In this document: positions 63,629-64,000 of the stretch, piece after piece
How the letters are laid out: each line of letters starts with the position of its first letter
Numbering within the stretch: the stretch's first letter is position 1
Source: Octopus bimaculoides
Lineage: Eukaryota
DNA: 64,000 bases
NCBI RefSeq assembly: GCF_001194135.2
Contig: NC_068985.1
Location: 38,543,697 to 38,607,696, forward strand
Direction of reading: 5' to 3'
Program-made: the position numbers and the translations under genes
The notes under the pieces: generated by a model
What the model was told of the DNA's origin: nothing
What the model saw: the letters and a program-made list of their open reading frames with translations, nothing else
Databases searched by the model: none

Positions 63629-63745
63629 GGTGGTGGTGTTGCTGATGGTACGAATAGCAGCAGCAGCAACAACAAGAACAGCAACAGCAACAACAACAGC
63701 AACAACAACAACAACAACAGCAACAACAACAACAACAACGACATT
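63335..63745. repeat. Trinucleotide mosaics (GAT/GAC, GAT/GGT, CAG/CAA)
   Basis: Read directly from the sequence. Confidence 0.9.
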
Positions 63746-64000
63746 ATTATTGCCATCAGGGCCATTCATTCACACTATAGAACTTGTTACAAAACAAAAA
63801 TAATTTACAGAAATTGTGAGGATACAGGAATATGCATTTGTAGGAAAAAGAGAGGTGGGTCAAATGTGTGAATATCTATCAATGCATAGAGATACATATT
63901 TGATAATTTGATGCATATATATATATATATACATAGAATAAATGTGTTTCTGCATGTATATGTGCGTATGCAAATCTCTACGTATATATATATATATATA

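Overview
This is AT-rich, gap-ridden eukaryotic draft-assembly DNA. The SINE families are of the kind known from Octopus, so the organism is inferred to be an octopod cephalopod. No protein-coding gene can be identified with confidence. Almost every ORF in the supplied track is a microsatellite, an N-gap read-through or a transposon relic. The window is dominated by tRNA-derived SINEs of three head types (A, B, C) with interchangeable tails. It also holds mariner relics and MITEs, RTE, CR1/L2-like and R4/Dong-like LINE fragments, Penelope-like (GIY-YIG) fragments, a Helentron-type non-autonomous element and many microsatellites; about 16 large N-gaps are mostly flanked by (TA)n. The most interesting hidden structures are: (1) a complete type I hammerhead ribozyme fold in an inverted Penelope pseudo-LTR (32957-33017, minus) and two degenerate minimal hammerheads in a short repeat (about 16950 and 43050); (2) several long fold-backs (39629, 44144, 62153, an inverted SINE pair at 5550, and a mariner made of two 5' arms at 51726); (3) a LINE 3' tail shared with several SINEs. 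A few splice-bounded open exon candidates are reported at low confidence. All alignments and folds were done by eye; nothing was computed or searched.
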